DNA of 61,021 nucleotides, the filler included. It is 5 parts of 5 records of this genome, joined end to end, with 100 filler letters (N's around TTAATTAATTAA, not from the genome) between each part and the next. Parts side by side here need not be neighbours in the genome. Positions count along the whole stretch, not along the records: positions 1 to 23,990 come from DRR378314_283; 4 more parts are not named here. The stretch is one strand, 5' to 3'. Positions 10,367 through 20,350 of this stretch are shown piece after piece. The position numbers and the translations under genes were made by a program. Every line of letters begins with the position of its first letter. The stretch's first letter is position 1. The notes below the pieces were generated by a model. That model was given only the letters and a program-made list of their open reading frames with translations, was not told where the DNA came from and ran no database searches.

Positions 10367-13234
10367 ATGTTAACTCTCGGCCCAGATGACATCTTGCTCG
10401 ACCGCCATGCGGACGACTGGCAAGCTGCACTCGACATCGCCGCTAAGGCGCTAACGGATGCGGGCTTAGTTGAGGCCGAGTACCGTGATGGCCTCCATGC
10501 GCGCGAAGCGCAGTCGTCAACATATCTTGGTAACGCGATTGCCATTCCACACGGCACGCCGGAAAGCCGTCAGCACGTAAAACATACCGGCGTGAGAGTG
10601 CTGCAGTTCCCCAAAGGCGTTCAGTGGCATGACGGCCAGACGGTCTATGTTTTGGTGACGATAGCCGCGCAAAATGACGAACATTTAGACATCCTGCGTC
10701 AATTAACCCACGTCTTAGACCGCGAAGGCGTCGCCAACCAGCTCGCCAGCGCCAGCTCGGCTGTCGAGGTAGCGCGTTTACTTTCCAAGCCGGCGCTTGA
10801 GCCACGCCTGGATGCCGATACGCTGTGCATTAACTTCCCTGCTCGCGACCCTCAAGAGCTTGCCTTGGCCGCTGCCGCACGGCTTCGCCAAAGTGGCTGC
10901 GTTGATAACGCTTTTATTAGTGCCATCGCCAGTGCCTCCCCCCAATGGCTGGGCAAAGGATTTTGGTTGGCAAGCCACACCCAAGGGGTGACACAACCCG
11001 CACTAGGCGTTGCCACGCCAGCCGATCCTAAACTTGAGCATAGCGGCCACCCTGTCCACGCACTGTTCTGTTTAGCGGCCAGCGGCGATGCACACCGCCC
11101 ACTGCTGGAACAGCTATTAGCCGTGCTGGAGAACGGCGAGAGCGACAGCGTGGTAGGCAAAAGCAGCGCACAGCTACTGGCCACGCTGGCGGGTGAAACC
11201 GCCAACACTCAGACTCGTCGCGTGCGCGTCTTGAACCCCCATGGTCTGCACGCCCGCCCAGCAAAACAGCTGGTACAGGTCGCCCGCGCGCAATCAATGC
11301 CGATTAATGTACGCCTTGAAGAAGGTAGTGCTTCCACGGTTTCAGCCGCCAGCCTAACCAAAGTGATCGGCTTGGGAGCACGGCGTGGTCAGTGGCTTAT
11401 CCTTTCTGCCGAAGGTGAGCAGGCAAGAGCTGCACTGGACGCCGTTTCCGCTGCGATCGAAGAGGGCTTGGGCGAGAAAGTAACGCCGTTCGACGGCGGC
11501 TTTGATGCCAAGTCGGTGACTAACACGAGCAAGCCCGTTGAGCCGTTAGTCGTTGATGCGCCCCACACCGGCGTTGCCGCCTCGCCGGGCTTAGCCATTG
11601 CGCCGGTGTTTGTGATTCGCCCGATGCAGTTCGACTATGCTGAACACGCCAACGACCCCGAACATGAAATTAGTCGCCTGGAAGTGGCACTCAAAGAAGG
11701 CGCTGCTCAACTACAGGCACTGGTGCACAACGCCCCTGGCGGCGAAGTGGCCGATATTCTCTCGATGCACGAAGAGATGCTCGACGACCCCGAGCTGCAT
11801 CACGCTGCGATTGATGCGATTCGTGAAGGTCGTTCAGCAGAAGCCGGTTGGTGGAATGCCATTGAAACCGCCGCCCACGCTCAGGAAATGCTCGCCGACC
11901 GCCTGCTGGCCGAGCGCGCCGCTGATCTGCGCGACGTAGGCCGCCGCGTGCTGGGGGTATTGTGCGATGTCCAACTGCCCGAGCCGCCTGACCACCCGTA
12001 TATTCTGGTGATGGATGACATCGGCCCTTCCGACGTTGCTCGCCTGGATACCTCACGCGTACGCGGCCTGCTGACCGTACGCGGCGGCGCCACCGCGCAC
12101 AGTGCAATTCTGGCTCGTGCGCTGGGTATTCCAGCCATTGTGGGTGCTGGTGAAGCCGTGATGGTACTGCATAACGGCGGCATGATGATTCTTGACGGTG
12201 AGCGTGGGCGGGTTACCTCCCAGCCTTCCGAAGAGCGCCTGCAGCGCGCGGAACAACAGCTTCTCGACCAGCAACAGCGCGAAGCCGATGCCTGGGAGCT
12301 GCGTTTTGAGCAAGCCCAAACCCGCGATGGGCATCGGGTGGAAGTGGCAGCCAATCTTGGTAACACCGCCCACGCCGCCGATGCGGTTGAACGCGGTGCT
12401 GAAGGCGTTGGCCTGCTGCGCACCGAGTTCCTGTTTATGGCCTACTCAAGCGCACCGGACCTAACCACCCAAATTGCCGAGTACCGCGAAGCCACCGATG
12501 CCTTGGATGGCCGTCCGTTGGTCGCGCGTACTTTGGATGTGGGTGGCGACAAGCCGCTGCCCTACTGGCCGGTTCCCCAGGAAGACAATCCTTTCCTTGG
12601 CCTACGCGGCATTCGCTTAGCGCTGACCGAGCCGGAAGTGCTGGAAACACAAATCCGCGCGCTACTGATGGCAGCTGTCGGCCGTCCGCTACGCATCATG
12701 CTGCCGATGGTTAAGGATGTCGCTGAATTCCGCGCCGCCAAAGTCATCTATGACCGCCTGCTTAGCGAAATCCCACCACAGCAGCGCGCCACTGATGTGC
12801 AACTGGGCGTGATGATCGAAGTACCCTCCAGCGCACTGCTAGCACCTACGCTGGCGGCCGAGGTGGACTTCTTCTCCGTTGGTACTAACGATTTAACTCA
12901 GTACACCCTGGCCATCGACCGCGGCCACCCAGAGCTTTCTGCCCAAGCCGATGGCCTGCACCCCGCCGTGCTGCGTTTGATTCAAATGACCGTCGATGCC
13001 GCCCATACCCACGGTAAATGGATCGGCGTATGCGGCGAGCTTGCCTCGGACGCCATGGCCGTGCCGGTGCTGGTAGGGTTAGGCGTTGATGAGCTTTCCG
13101 TCAGTGCGCGACAAATTCCGCTAGTCAAAGCTCGCCTGCGTGAATTTGATCTTGCCGATGCAAAAGCCACTGCCCAATTAGCACTGAGTAAAGCCACCAG
13201 CGATGAGGTGCGTGACGCCCTGGAGGCCCGCTAA
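10367..13234 (+). CDS. fruB: Fructose PTS multiphosphoryl-transfer protein EIIA-(EIIA-like)-HPr-EI
   Basis: EIIA IAIPHG, HPr GLHARPA, EI GGATAHSAILAR, GVGLLRTEFLF, FFSVGTNDLTQY, GVCGELA. Confidence 0.95.
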   Translation: MLTLGPDDILLDRHADDWQAALDIAAKALTDAGLVEAEYRDGLHAREAQSSTYLGNAIAIPHGTPESRQHVKHTGVRVLQFPKGVQWHDGQTVYVLVTIAAQNDEHLDILRQLTHVLDREGVANQLASASSAVEVARLLSKPALEPRLDADTLCINFPARDPQELALAAAARLRQSGCVDNAFISAIASASPQWLGKGFWLASHTQGVTQPALGVATPADPKLEHSGHPVHALFCLAASGDAHRPLLEQLLAVLENGESDSVVGKSSAQLLATLAGETANTQTRRVRVLNPHGLHARPAKQLVQVARAQSMPINVRLEEGSASTVSAASLTKVIGLGARRGQWLILSAEGEQARAALDAVSAAIEEGLGEKVTPFDGGFDAKSVTNTSKPVEPLVVDAPHTGVAASPGLAIAPVFVIRPMQFDYAEHANDPEHEISRLEVALKEGAAQLQALVHNAPGGEVADILSMHEEMLDDPELHHAAIDAIREGRSAEAGWWNAIETAAHAQEMLADRLLAERAADLRDVGRRVLGVLCDVQLPEPPDHPYILVMDDIGPSDVARLDTSRVRGLLTVRGGATAHSAILARALGIPAIVGAGEAVMVLHNGGMMILDGERGRVTSQPSEERLQRAEQQLLDQQQREADAWELRFEQAQTRDGHRVEVAANLGNTAHAADAVERGAEGVGLLRTEFLFMAYSSAPDLTTQIAEYREATDALDGRPLVARTLDVGGDKPLPYWPVPQEDNPFLGLRGIRLALTEPEVLETQIRALLMAAVGRPLRIMLPMVKDVAEFRAAKVIYDRLLSEIPPQQRATDVQLGVMIEVPSSALLAPTLAAEVDFFSVGTNDLTQYTLAIDRGHPELSAQADGLHPAVLRLIQMTVDAAHTHGKWIGVCGELASDAMAVPVLVGLGVDELSVSARQIPLVKARLREFDLADAKATAQLALSKATSDEVRDALEAR

Positions 13235-14205
13235 TGGCTCAGGTAGTGTGCATTACACTCAACCCCGCGCTGGATTTAGCGTTCAACCTTGAAACGCTGA
13301 CACTCGGTCATGTAAACCGCCCTCACAGCGCCCAGTTAGAAGCCGCGGGCAAAGGCGTTAACGTAGCACGCGTGCTGGCCAGCTTAGGCCATCAAGTGAT
13401 TGTTAGCGGCTTTCTCGGCCAGGATAACGACGCGCCGTTCAGCTTGGCATTCCCCCACTACGGCGTGGAAGATGCCTTTGTACGAGTACCTGGTAGCACA
13501 CGCATTAACGCCAAGCTGGCGGAACAGAGTGGCCGCGTCACTGATATTAACGGCCCCGGCATGCCGATTGAGGCTGACCATCTAGATGCCTTACGAACTA
13601 CCCTAGACGATTTGTTTCAGCGCCTCGCTCCGCCCCAAGCGGTCGTCGTTGCCGGTAGCCTTCCACCGGGTATTGATCAGTCGCTGTTTGCTGAACTACT
13701 AACCACCCTAAAAAGCTATGGCGTACCACTTTGGATAGACACCAGTGGCCCGGCACTGCTAACTGCCATTGCCGCTCAGCCTGCTGCTGTAAAACCTAAC
13801 GAAACGGAACTCGCCGACTGGGCTGGCAGCGCGCTAAATTCAAATCAACAGCGCCAGGTCGCCGCCGAGCGACTGCACGCCAGCGGCATAGAGCACGCAC
13901 TGATTTCCGCAGGCTCAGAGGGCGTTTTATGGGTTAGCTCACAGGGCACTTGGCAGTCCACGCCGCCTAGCGTAAACGCCACCAATACTGTTTGTGCGGG
14001 CGATACCTTTGTGGCTGGCATGCTTCATGGGCTGCTCAGCGACTTCGCCCCACCAGACACCCTTCGCTTCGCAACGGCACTCTCTGCCGAAGCGGTTCGC
14101 CACGTCGGCGTAGGCACCCCCCACGCCGACGACTTTGACTTACTCCAACAACAGACTTTGGTACGGCGTCTTGACGACACCATCACCGAGGGAGCCACGC
14201 GATGA
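13234..14205 (+). CDS. fruK: 1-phosphofructokinase (PfkB family)
   Basis: TLNPALD, AAGKGVNVA, VKPNETEL, NTVCAGDTFVAG. Overlaps both neighbours. Confidence 0.95.
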   Translation: MAQVVCITLNPALDLAFNLETLTLGHVNRPHSAQLEAAGKGVNVARVLASLGHQVIVSGFLGQDNDAPFSLAFPHYGVEDAFVRVPGSTRINAKLAEQSGRVTDINGPGMPIEADHLDALRTTLDDLFQRLAPPQAVVVAGSLPPGIDQSLFAELLTTLKSYGVPLWIDTSGPALLTAIAAQPAAVKPNETELADWAGSALNSNQQRQVAAERLHASGIEHALISAGSEGVLWVSSQGTWQSTPPSVNATNTVCAGDTFVAGMLHGLLSDFAPPDTLRFATALSAEAVRHVGVGTPHADDFDLLQQQTLVRRLDDTITEGATR

Positions 14206-15938
14206 ACCTGATTCTAATTACCGCCTGCCCCAGCGGCATGGCGACCACCTTTTTGGCCGCCAAGCGCCTTGAGCAAGCAGCCACGCGGATGGGCTGGAGC
14301 GCCCATGTGGAAATGCACGGCGAAATTGCGCCGCTGCAGGCTGCCACCGCCGAGCAAATTGCTAATGCCGATTTAATTGTGGTGGCCGCCGATCACGTTC
14401 CTGCCCCAGAACGTTTTGAAGGCAAGCGGCTTTTCCAGGCGCCGATTGCCAGCGCCCTGCCCGACCCCAGCGCCTTTTTAACTCAAGCCAAGCGTGAAGC
14501 ACCGATTTACACTGCTCCTGCAACCTCTACAGCCGCCGCGACTCCAGCGAGCAACACGGGTGGCAAGAAGATTGTCGCTGTTACCGCTTGCCCCACCGGT
14601 GTTGCTCATACCTTTATGGCCGCTGAAGCACTAGCCGAAGCAGGCAAAGCCATGGGACATGCCATTCGTGTGGAAACCCAAGGTTCAGTAGGCGCTCAAG
14701 ATCATTTAACCGAACAAGAGATCGCCGACGCCGACGTGGTCGTACTGGCCTGCGATATCGACGTTGACCCAGCGCGGTTTGCAGACAAGCGTATCTACCG
14801 CACCTCAACCGGCAATGCACTAAAAAAGCCACGTCCCACGCTGGAAGCCGCCCTTGTTGATGCTAGCGTAGAAAACGCCAATAGCGGTTCGGGCAACGCC
14901 AATAAGAGCGTTAAAGAGAAAGGCGTTTATAAGCACCTACTCACTGGCGTGTCGTTCATGCTGCCTATGGTGGTAGCGGGCGGCTTGCTGATTGCGCTCT
15001 CGTTTGTGTTCGGCATTGAAGCCTTTGAGCAGGAAGGCACGCTGGCCGCTGCGCTCATGCAAATTGGCGGCGGCACCGCCTTCGCGCTAATGATTCCTGT
15101 ACTGGCGGGTTACATTGCCTACTCCATCGCCGACCGCCCCGGTATTGCTCCAGGTATGATTGGCGGTATGTTGGCGGCCGACATTGGCTCCGGGTTTATC
15201 GGCGGCATTTTGGCAGGTTTCCTGGCAGGCTACGTGGCCCTAGCGGTTACCCGCTACGTTAAGCTGCCCTCCAGCGTTGAATCGCTCAAGCCTATTCTGA
15301 TCATCCCACTGGTGGCCAGTCTGGTCACCGGCCTGACGATGATCTATGTGATTGGCGAGCCTGTCGCTGCATTGCTGAATGCGCTGACCAGCTTCCTGGC
15401 CTCTATGGGTTCTACTAACGCGGTGCTGCTGGGCATTCTATTGGGCGCAATGATGTGCTTCGATTTGGGCGGCCCCGTCAATAAAGCAGCCTATACCTTC
15501 GGCGTGGGCTTGTTGGCTTCAGAAACCTATGGCCCAATGGCAGCCATTATGGCGGCAGGCATGGTGCCAGCGATTGGCATGGGCATTGCCAGTTTCGTAG
15601 CGCGCAATAAATTTTCTGAACCAGAGCGCGAAGCAGGCAAAGCTTCATTTGTACTCGGCTTTTGCTTTATTAGTGAAGGGGCCATTCCCTTTGCGGCGAA
15701 AGACCCGTTGCGGGTTATCCCCGCATGCATGGTGGGCGGTGCGATCACCGGTGCGCTTTCCATGCTGGTAGGCGCGAAACTAATGGCACCTCACGGGGGT
15801 ATCTTTGTCCTGCTGATTCCCAACGCCATCACTCCTGCACTACTCTACCTTGGCGCGATTATCATCGGCTCGCTGGTAACCGGTTTAGGCTATGCCTTTA
15901 TCAAACGCGGCGCCGCTCATGTCGCCGTTACCAGCTAA
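14202..15938 (+). CDS. fruA: PTS fructose-specific EIIB-EIIB-EIIC
   Basis: Two EIIB domains (TACPSGMATT; TACPTGVAHTFMAAEAL). EIIC motifs HLLTGVSFMLP, DLGGPVNKAAY, FISEGAIPFAA. Confidence 0.96.
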   Translation: MNLILITACPSGMATTFLAAKRLEQAATRMGWSAHVEMHGEIAPLQAATAEQIANADLIVVAADHVPAPERFEGKRLFQAPIASALPDPSAFLTQAKREAPIYTAPATSTAAATPASNTGGKKIVAVTACPTGVAHTFMAAEALAEAGKAMGHAIRVETQGSVGAQDHLTEQEIADADVVVLACDIDVDPARFADKRIYRTSTGNALKKPRPTLEAALVDASVENANSGSGNANKSVKEKGVYKHLLTGVSFMLPMVVAGGLLIALSFVFGIEAFEQEGTLAAALMQIGGGTAFALMIPVLAGYIAYSIADRPGIAPGMIGGMLAADIGSGFIGGILAGFLAGYVALAVTRYVKLPSSVESLKPILIIPLVASLVTGLTMIYVIGEPVAALLNALTSFLASMGSTNAVLLGILLGAMMCFDLGGPVNKAAYTFGVGLLASETYGPMAAIMAAGMVPAIGMGIASFVARNKFSEPEREAGKASFVLGFCFISEGAIPFAAKDPLRVIPACMVGGAITGALSMLVGAKLMAPHGGIFVLLIPNAITPALLYLGAIIIGSLVTGLGYAFIKRGAAHVAVTS

Positions 15939-15952
15939 ACGCTTGAACGTCA

Positions 15953-15989
15953 GTGCTGGGCAGGCGGCCACCTGCTCAGCGCCTCTTTT
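15953..15989 (+). terminator. Putative intrinsic terminator of fruBKA
   Basis: Hairpin gtgctgggcagg-cggcca-cctgctcagcgc followed by ctctttt. Confidence 0.5.
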
Positions 15990-16084
15990 GCTACGCATCT
16001 CCCTCCTCAGCCCCACACCAACAACGGTTTATTACTAATTTTTTAACCACCAATCGCTTAATAGTTGCTTAAATTGGGGTTTTA

Positions 16085-16099
16085 TGTAGTATTTTTACC
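16085..16099. promoter_or_regulatory. HexR-like operator upstream of pgi
   Basis: TGTAGTATTTTTACC, similar to the site upstream of pyk. Confidence 0.55.
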
Positions 16100-16187
16100 T
16101 AAATAGACCCATAAATAGTACAAGGCACGAGCCAGCAACATAGCGCTCGTCACTTAATAATGATCTAAAACAACAGGACCGCCTTCT

Positions 16188-17852
16188 ATGTTTCAACTCA
16201 CCCGTAGCGTTACTTGGCAGGCACTTGAACGCCTGCGCGACAAAACCGCCAACGACCGCATTCGTGATTACTTCACCAATGACCCGCAGCGCTTTGAAAA
16301 AATGAGCCTACGGGTGGGCGGCCTGTTCCTGGATTACTCCAAACATCACGTCTCTGATGAGGTACTCACCAAACTGCTTGAGTTGGCCGACCACTCTGCC
16401 CTGGTTCAACGCCGAGCGCAGATGTTCTCTGGCGATATTATCAATGTCACCGAAAATCGCCCGGTACTCCACACCGCACTGCGCAATTTAAGCGATGAAC
16501 CGGTGCATGTAGACGGCAACGACGTGATGCCGGAAATCAATCGCACCCGGGAACAAATCAAGCAGTTCTCAGAAGCGGTTAGAAGCGGTGAGTGGAAAGG
16601 CTATAACGGTCAACGCATCAAAGACGTGGTCAATATTGGCATTGGCGGTTCAGACCTTGGCCCCAACATGGCCGTACGCGCGCTACTCAAATACCGCCAC
16701 CCGGAACTGCACTTCCACTTCGTCTCCAACGTCGATGGCACCCATATTCAGAAGGTGCTTTCACGACTAGACCCGGCGACCACGCTGTTTATCGTTTCCA
16801 CCAAAACCTTCTCTACCCAGGAAACCCTGCTTAACGCCAAAACCGCACGGCGCTGGTTCGTGGAAAATGCCGGTGAAGATGCCGACGTAGGCGCCCACTT
16901 TATTGCCGCTTCTACTAACCGCAAAGCGGCAATGGAGTTCGGCATTCGTGAGGAGAACGTGTTCGAGTTTTGGGCCTGGGTGGGCGGCCGCTACTCCATG
17001 TGGTCATCTATCGGGCTGCCGATTGCGCTTTCGGTTGGTTTTGAAGGCTTTATCGAGCTGCTGGAAGGCGCTCATGAGATGGACCGCCACTTTATCGAAG
17101 CGCCCTTCGCGCAGAATATGCCAGTACTGATGGCGCTGATTGGTATCTGGTACATCAACTTTATTGGCGCCGAAACCCAGGCCATCGTGCCCTACGATCA
17201 AGCCTTGAACCAACTGCCTTCGTTCCTGCAGCAGTTGGATATGGAGTCTAACGGCAAGTCAGTCGATATTTTCGGCCATCCGGTTAACTACAAAACCGGC
17301 CCAATTGTCTGGGGGCAAACAGGCTCCAACGGTCAGCACGCTTTCTTCCAGCTACTGCACCAGGGCACCCGCTACGTGCCAATCGATTTTATTGCCTCAC
17401 TGAAACCCGAACCCGGCGTGGAAGATCATCACTTCGCCTTGCTGACCAATATGCTCGCCCAGGCCAACGCCTTTATGGAAGGCAGCCAAGGGGACAGCAA
17501 AGAGCTTAGCCAGCACGACCCCTACAGCTGCCCCGGCAACCGCCCTTCCAGCACGCTACTACTGGACGAGCTAACACCAAAAAACCTAGGCGCGCTGATT
17601 GCCCTCTACGAGCACAAAGTGTTTGTGCAGGGCGTTATCTGGAATATCAACTCGTTTGATCAGTGGGGCGTGCAGCTTGGCAAACGCATTGCCGGTGAAA
17701 TCAGTGAGCGCATCGACACCAACGCCGCCGACTTCGACACCTCAACACAAGGTCTGCTGAAGCTGGTACGCGCCCACTTTCCCGGCGACAGCAGCGCAAA
17801 GCAAAGTGCGCCAGCCAGCGCTGATAAAAAGCCTGCTAGGAAGAAGCGTTAA
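16188..17852 (+). CDS. pgi: Glucose-6-phosphate isomerase
   Basis: NIGIGGSDLGP, STKTFSTQET, WVGGRYSMWS, MESNGK, INSFDQWGVQLGK. Confidence 0.97.
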   Translation: MFQLTRSVTWQALERLRDKTANDRIRDYFTNDPQRFEKMSLRVGGLFLDYSKHHVSDEVLTKLLELADHSALVQRRAQMFSGDIINVTENRPVLHTALRNLSDEPVHVDGNDVMPEINRTREQIKQFSEAVRSGEWKGYNGQRIKDVVNIGIGGSDLGPNMAVRALLKYRHPELHFHFVSNVDGTHIQKVLSRLDPATTLFIVSTKTFSTQETLLNAKTARRWFVENAGEDADVGAHFIAASTNRKAAMEFGIREENVFEFWAWVGGRYSMWSSIGLPIALSVGFEGFIELLEGAHEMDRHFIEAPFAQNMPVLMALIGIWYINFIGAETQAIVPYDQALNQLPSFLQQLDMESNGKSVDIFGHPVNYKTGPIVWGQTGSNGQHAFFQLLHQGTRYVPIDFIASLKPEPGVEDHHFALLTNMLAQANAFMEGSQGDSKELSQHDPYSCPGNRPSSTLLLDELTPKNLGALIALYEHKVFVQGVIWNINSFDQWGVQLGKRIAGEISERIDTNAADFDTSTQGLLKLVRAHFPGDSSAKQSAPASADKKPARKKR

Positions 17853-17881
17853 GCGGTGAGTTGGGTAAACGTTAGATAAAC

Positions 17882-17913
17882 AAACGCCTTGGCTTTTCAG
17901 CCAAGGCGTTTTT
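17882..17913 (+). terminator. Intrinsic (possibly bidirectional) terminator after pgi
   Basis: aaacgccttggct-tttc-agccaaggcgttt-tt. Confidence 0.85.
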
Positions 17914-17978
17914 GGTTTGATCTTTGATGCCAGTATCGACACCGGTTGAAGGCGATCAGAAGGATCGAGCCACCTAAA

Positions 17979-18374
17979 TTAATCCGGCGCAAATTGCTCG
18001 AAGACCTGCTGTCCGGTCATTTTCTCAGTCTGGTTGTTAAGCTCGTAATAGTCGGGCTTCTCATCAATAAATATTTCGCTGGTGAGTTGGAATGACTGAT
18101 CCTGGAACAGGCCTGCTGGGAGAATATACTCATTGCTGGGTAGCAGATGATAGAACAGATGCGTCCCGCAGGTTGCACAGAAGCCCCGCTCCGCCCAATC
18201 AGATGAGCGGTAAGCGGTAGGCTCAGCACCAGAGAACTCTACCGGACCACCGCAATGCACGGCGAACATAGGCCCACCCGACCAACGCCGACATAGTGAG
18301 CAATGACAAACACTGACCTGCTCGTGGTTAGGCGCAGTCACTTCGATGGAACCGCAAAGACATGTGCCCTTCAT
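17979..18374 (-). CDS. GFA/CENP-V family Zn-binding protein
   Basis: GTCLCGSI, CHCSLCRR, RGFCATCGTHLFY. RBS AAGGAG. Confidence 0.9.
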   Translation of the reverse strand: MKGTCLCGSIEVTAPNHEQVSVCHCSLCRRWSGGPMFAVHCGGPVEFSGAEPTAYRSSDWAERGFCATCGTHLFYHLLPSNEYILPAGLFQDQSFQLTSEIFIDEKPDYYELNNQTEKMTGQQVFEQFAPD

Positions 18375-18431
18375 CGCAAACTCCTTTATCGTTAGCCCCC
18401 ATGGCAGCTGCTCTTGCGATGCCGGCGAGAG

Positions 18432-18797
18432 CTAGGCCGCGGTAGGCTCATTGAACAATATTCTGTTGGAAAACGGATCGACCACTTCAAACACCCTATC
18501 GCCCCACGGAGCTGTGGTTATTTCCGGGCGGCTAAACTTGTAACCACGGGATAGAGTCTCGCGGTACAGACCTTCAAGATCATCAGTATTCACAAATATT
18601 TTAGCGCCAGGGGAGCAGTCCCCAGAATGTTCGCTAAGGTGAAAAACCAGATCGCTTCGGGATACCTGCATATAGACAGGAAAGTCTGCTTCGAAGCGAT
18701 GCTCCCAATCAAGCGACATCCCCAAAAACTCAAGATAGAACGCCTTGGCTTTAGATTCATCAAAAATTCGTATAATCGGAATGGCTTGAAAATGCAT
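18432..18797 (-). CDS. Glyoxalase/bleomycin-resistance (VOC) superfamily protein
   Basis: IPIIRIFDESKAKAFY, FHLSEHSGD, PWG...VVDPFSNRILF. Confidence 0.88.
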   Translation of the reverse strand: MHFQAIPIIRIFDESKAKAFYLEFLGMSLDWEHRFEADFPVYMQVSRSDLVFHLSEHSGDCSPGAKIFVNTDDLEGLYRETLSRGYKFSRPEITTAPWGDRVFEVVDPFSNRILFNEPTAA

Positions 18798-18845
18798 TTA
18801 TGCTCCCCTTACAAACAGCGCTTTAACTAACCTTAAGCGTTCGAT

Positions 18846-19529
18846 TTAAACAGGCGCAGAGCTGCTCTCTATGCCATAGGTATGGCGTATATACTTAACG
18901 GCTTCAGCCATGCCACTAAGCACCGCTGTTGCTGAATGAAAATTTTGCTGTTGAGACATTTCCGTGGGTAGTGCCAAGCAGCTTATGCCAGCTCGAAAGG
19001 CGGCTTCAAGACCATGTTGTGTATCTTCAATGGCGAGACACTCATCAGCAGCAACGCCAAGCCGTTGCAGAGCCAGGAGATAGCATTCAGGTGCGGGCTT
19101 ACTGTCTCGGACATCATCGCTAGAAACAATCGTAGAGAACTTCTCTTCAAACCCATTGGCTTGCAGCGTTTTTTGAACACCATTTGCACTAGCGCCTGTC
19201 ACCACTGCCAGCTTCAAACCCGCACTGTGGAAGTAAGCAATAGCCTCTCGTACGCCAGGCATTAGCGGGAATGCCTGGCTAGCAAGGTAGTCCTGCGTCG
19301 CGGCGTTCTTCGCTTCTATAAGTTGATCAGGGGACGCATCAATCCCAAACCTCTGCACCATATCCAGGGCATTGGCGCGCGTTGGCAGGCCTGCATAGTG
19401 GGTTCTGTACTGCAGCTCAGACAATTCCAAGCCATATTGACTCAGAATGTGTACCCACATTTGAAAATGGATGTGTTCAGAACTGACGATCGTCCCATCG
19501 TGATCTAGCAAAATTGCGCGAAGTGCCAC
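18846..19529 (-). CDS. HAD-family phosphatase (beta-PGM/CbbY-like)
   Basis: Motif I DHDGT, KPAPECY, AIEDTQHG. Start placed at GTG 19529 after AGGAGG rather than at the ORF-track start 19580. Confidence 0.88.
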   Translation of the reverse strand: MALRAILLDHDGTIVSSEHIHFQMWVHILSQYGLELSELQYRTHYAGLPTRANALDMVQRFGIDASPDQLIEAKNAATQDYLASQAFPLMPGVREAIAYFHSAGLKLAVVTGASANGVQKTLQANGFEEKFSTIVSSDDVRDSKPAPECYLLALQRLGVAADECLAIEDTQHGLEAAFRAGISCLALPTEMSQQQNFHSATAVLSGMAEAVKYIRHTYGIESSSAPV

Positions 19530-19643
19530 AAGACCTCCTAGAAATAGAGCGTTTAAAACCCAAGGCAAAGCTACTATCACATGAGCTGCAAGAGAGCGTT
19601 TACGAGTAAGTTACTTACTCACGGCCTTGAAAAAACCAAAACA

Positions 19644-20222
19644 CTAAGGCTCTAACCTTGCCCTCAACAACTCTTTAGCAATTGCTTTGGCTTTTACGGC
19701 AGCTGTTAAATCCCCCATCACGTGGGCCTGAACAGTCGCCCCTTCTTTTAAAGTAGCTACCGCTTCCGACAACGTAGTCACCGTCTTTTCATCAACGAAT
19801 ATTTGTGACATATACCGGTTTATTAAGCCAAGCATGGCTCTTTTATGGCTAGCGCACTTTTGATGTACGGGATGATTTAAGTCACTGAATTCAGCACTGA
19901 CATTGATGAAATAACAGCCATGGAAAGGATAAATTAGCGTTTCTCTCTCATTAAACCAATCATCCAACGCATCGAACAAAGCAAAAATTGCGCTTTGTCC
20001 ATCAGGTGCACCCTGGGTGCGCCCTTCAATCCAGGAAAAAAATTGCCGATCACGATAGTCAACCGTTGCAGCGATCAGGGCTTCTTTGCTGGAAAAATGA
20101 TGGTACAGCGTTTTTTTTGCCACGCCTGATTCAGCGATGATCCGGTTAATACCAATGGCATGCACCCCGTGGCGGTAAAACAGCCCAAAGGCGACCGAAA
20201 CTAACTGCTCTCTTCTGTCCAC
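19644..20222 (-). CDS. TetR/AcrR-family transcriptional regulator
   Basis: HTH IIAESGVAKKTLYHHFSSKEAL, GCYFIN motif. Confidence 0.93.
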   Translation of the reverse strand: MDRREQLVSVAFGLFYRHGVHAIGINRIIAESGVAKKTLYHHFSSKEALIAATVDYRDRQFFSWIEGRTQGAPDGQSAIFALFDALDDWFNERETLIYPFHGCYFINVSAEFSDLNHPVHQKCASHKRAMLGLINRYMSQIFVDEKTVTTLSEAVATLKEGATVQAHVMGDLTAAVKAKAIAKELLRARLEP

Positions 20223-20259
20223 AGCACAACCTCACCTTCATTTTACGAGCAGCATAATA

Positions 20260-20316
20260 TTGACGCGCAGAGACCGATCTGTCTACCATAGTCAAAAAAG
20301 GAGACAGATCGGTCTC
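20260..20316. promoter_or_regulatory. Paired TetR operators overlapping the putative HPP-gene promoter
   Basis: GAGACCGATCTGTCT (20270-20284) and its reverse complement AGACAGATCGGTCTC (20302-20316), each an imperfect palindrome. TTGACG (-35) at 20260 and TACCAT (-10-like) at 20284. Confidence 0.75.
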
Positions 20317-20350
20317 CATTGCCTCAACTCTTTCGCCCGAGGATGCATTT

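Noticed and set aside
14202-14900. Duplicated EIIB domains in FruA and the multi-domain FruB fusion as novelties
   Set aside because: Known architecture of Pseudomonas/Halomonas-type fructose PTS.
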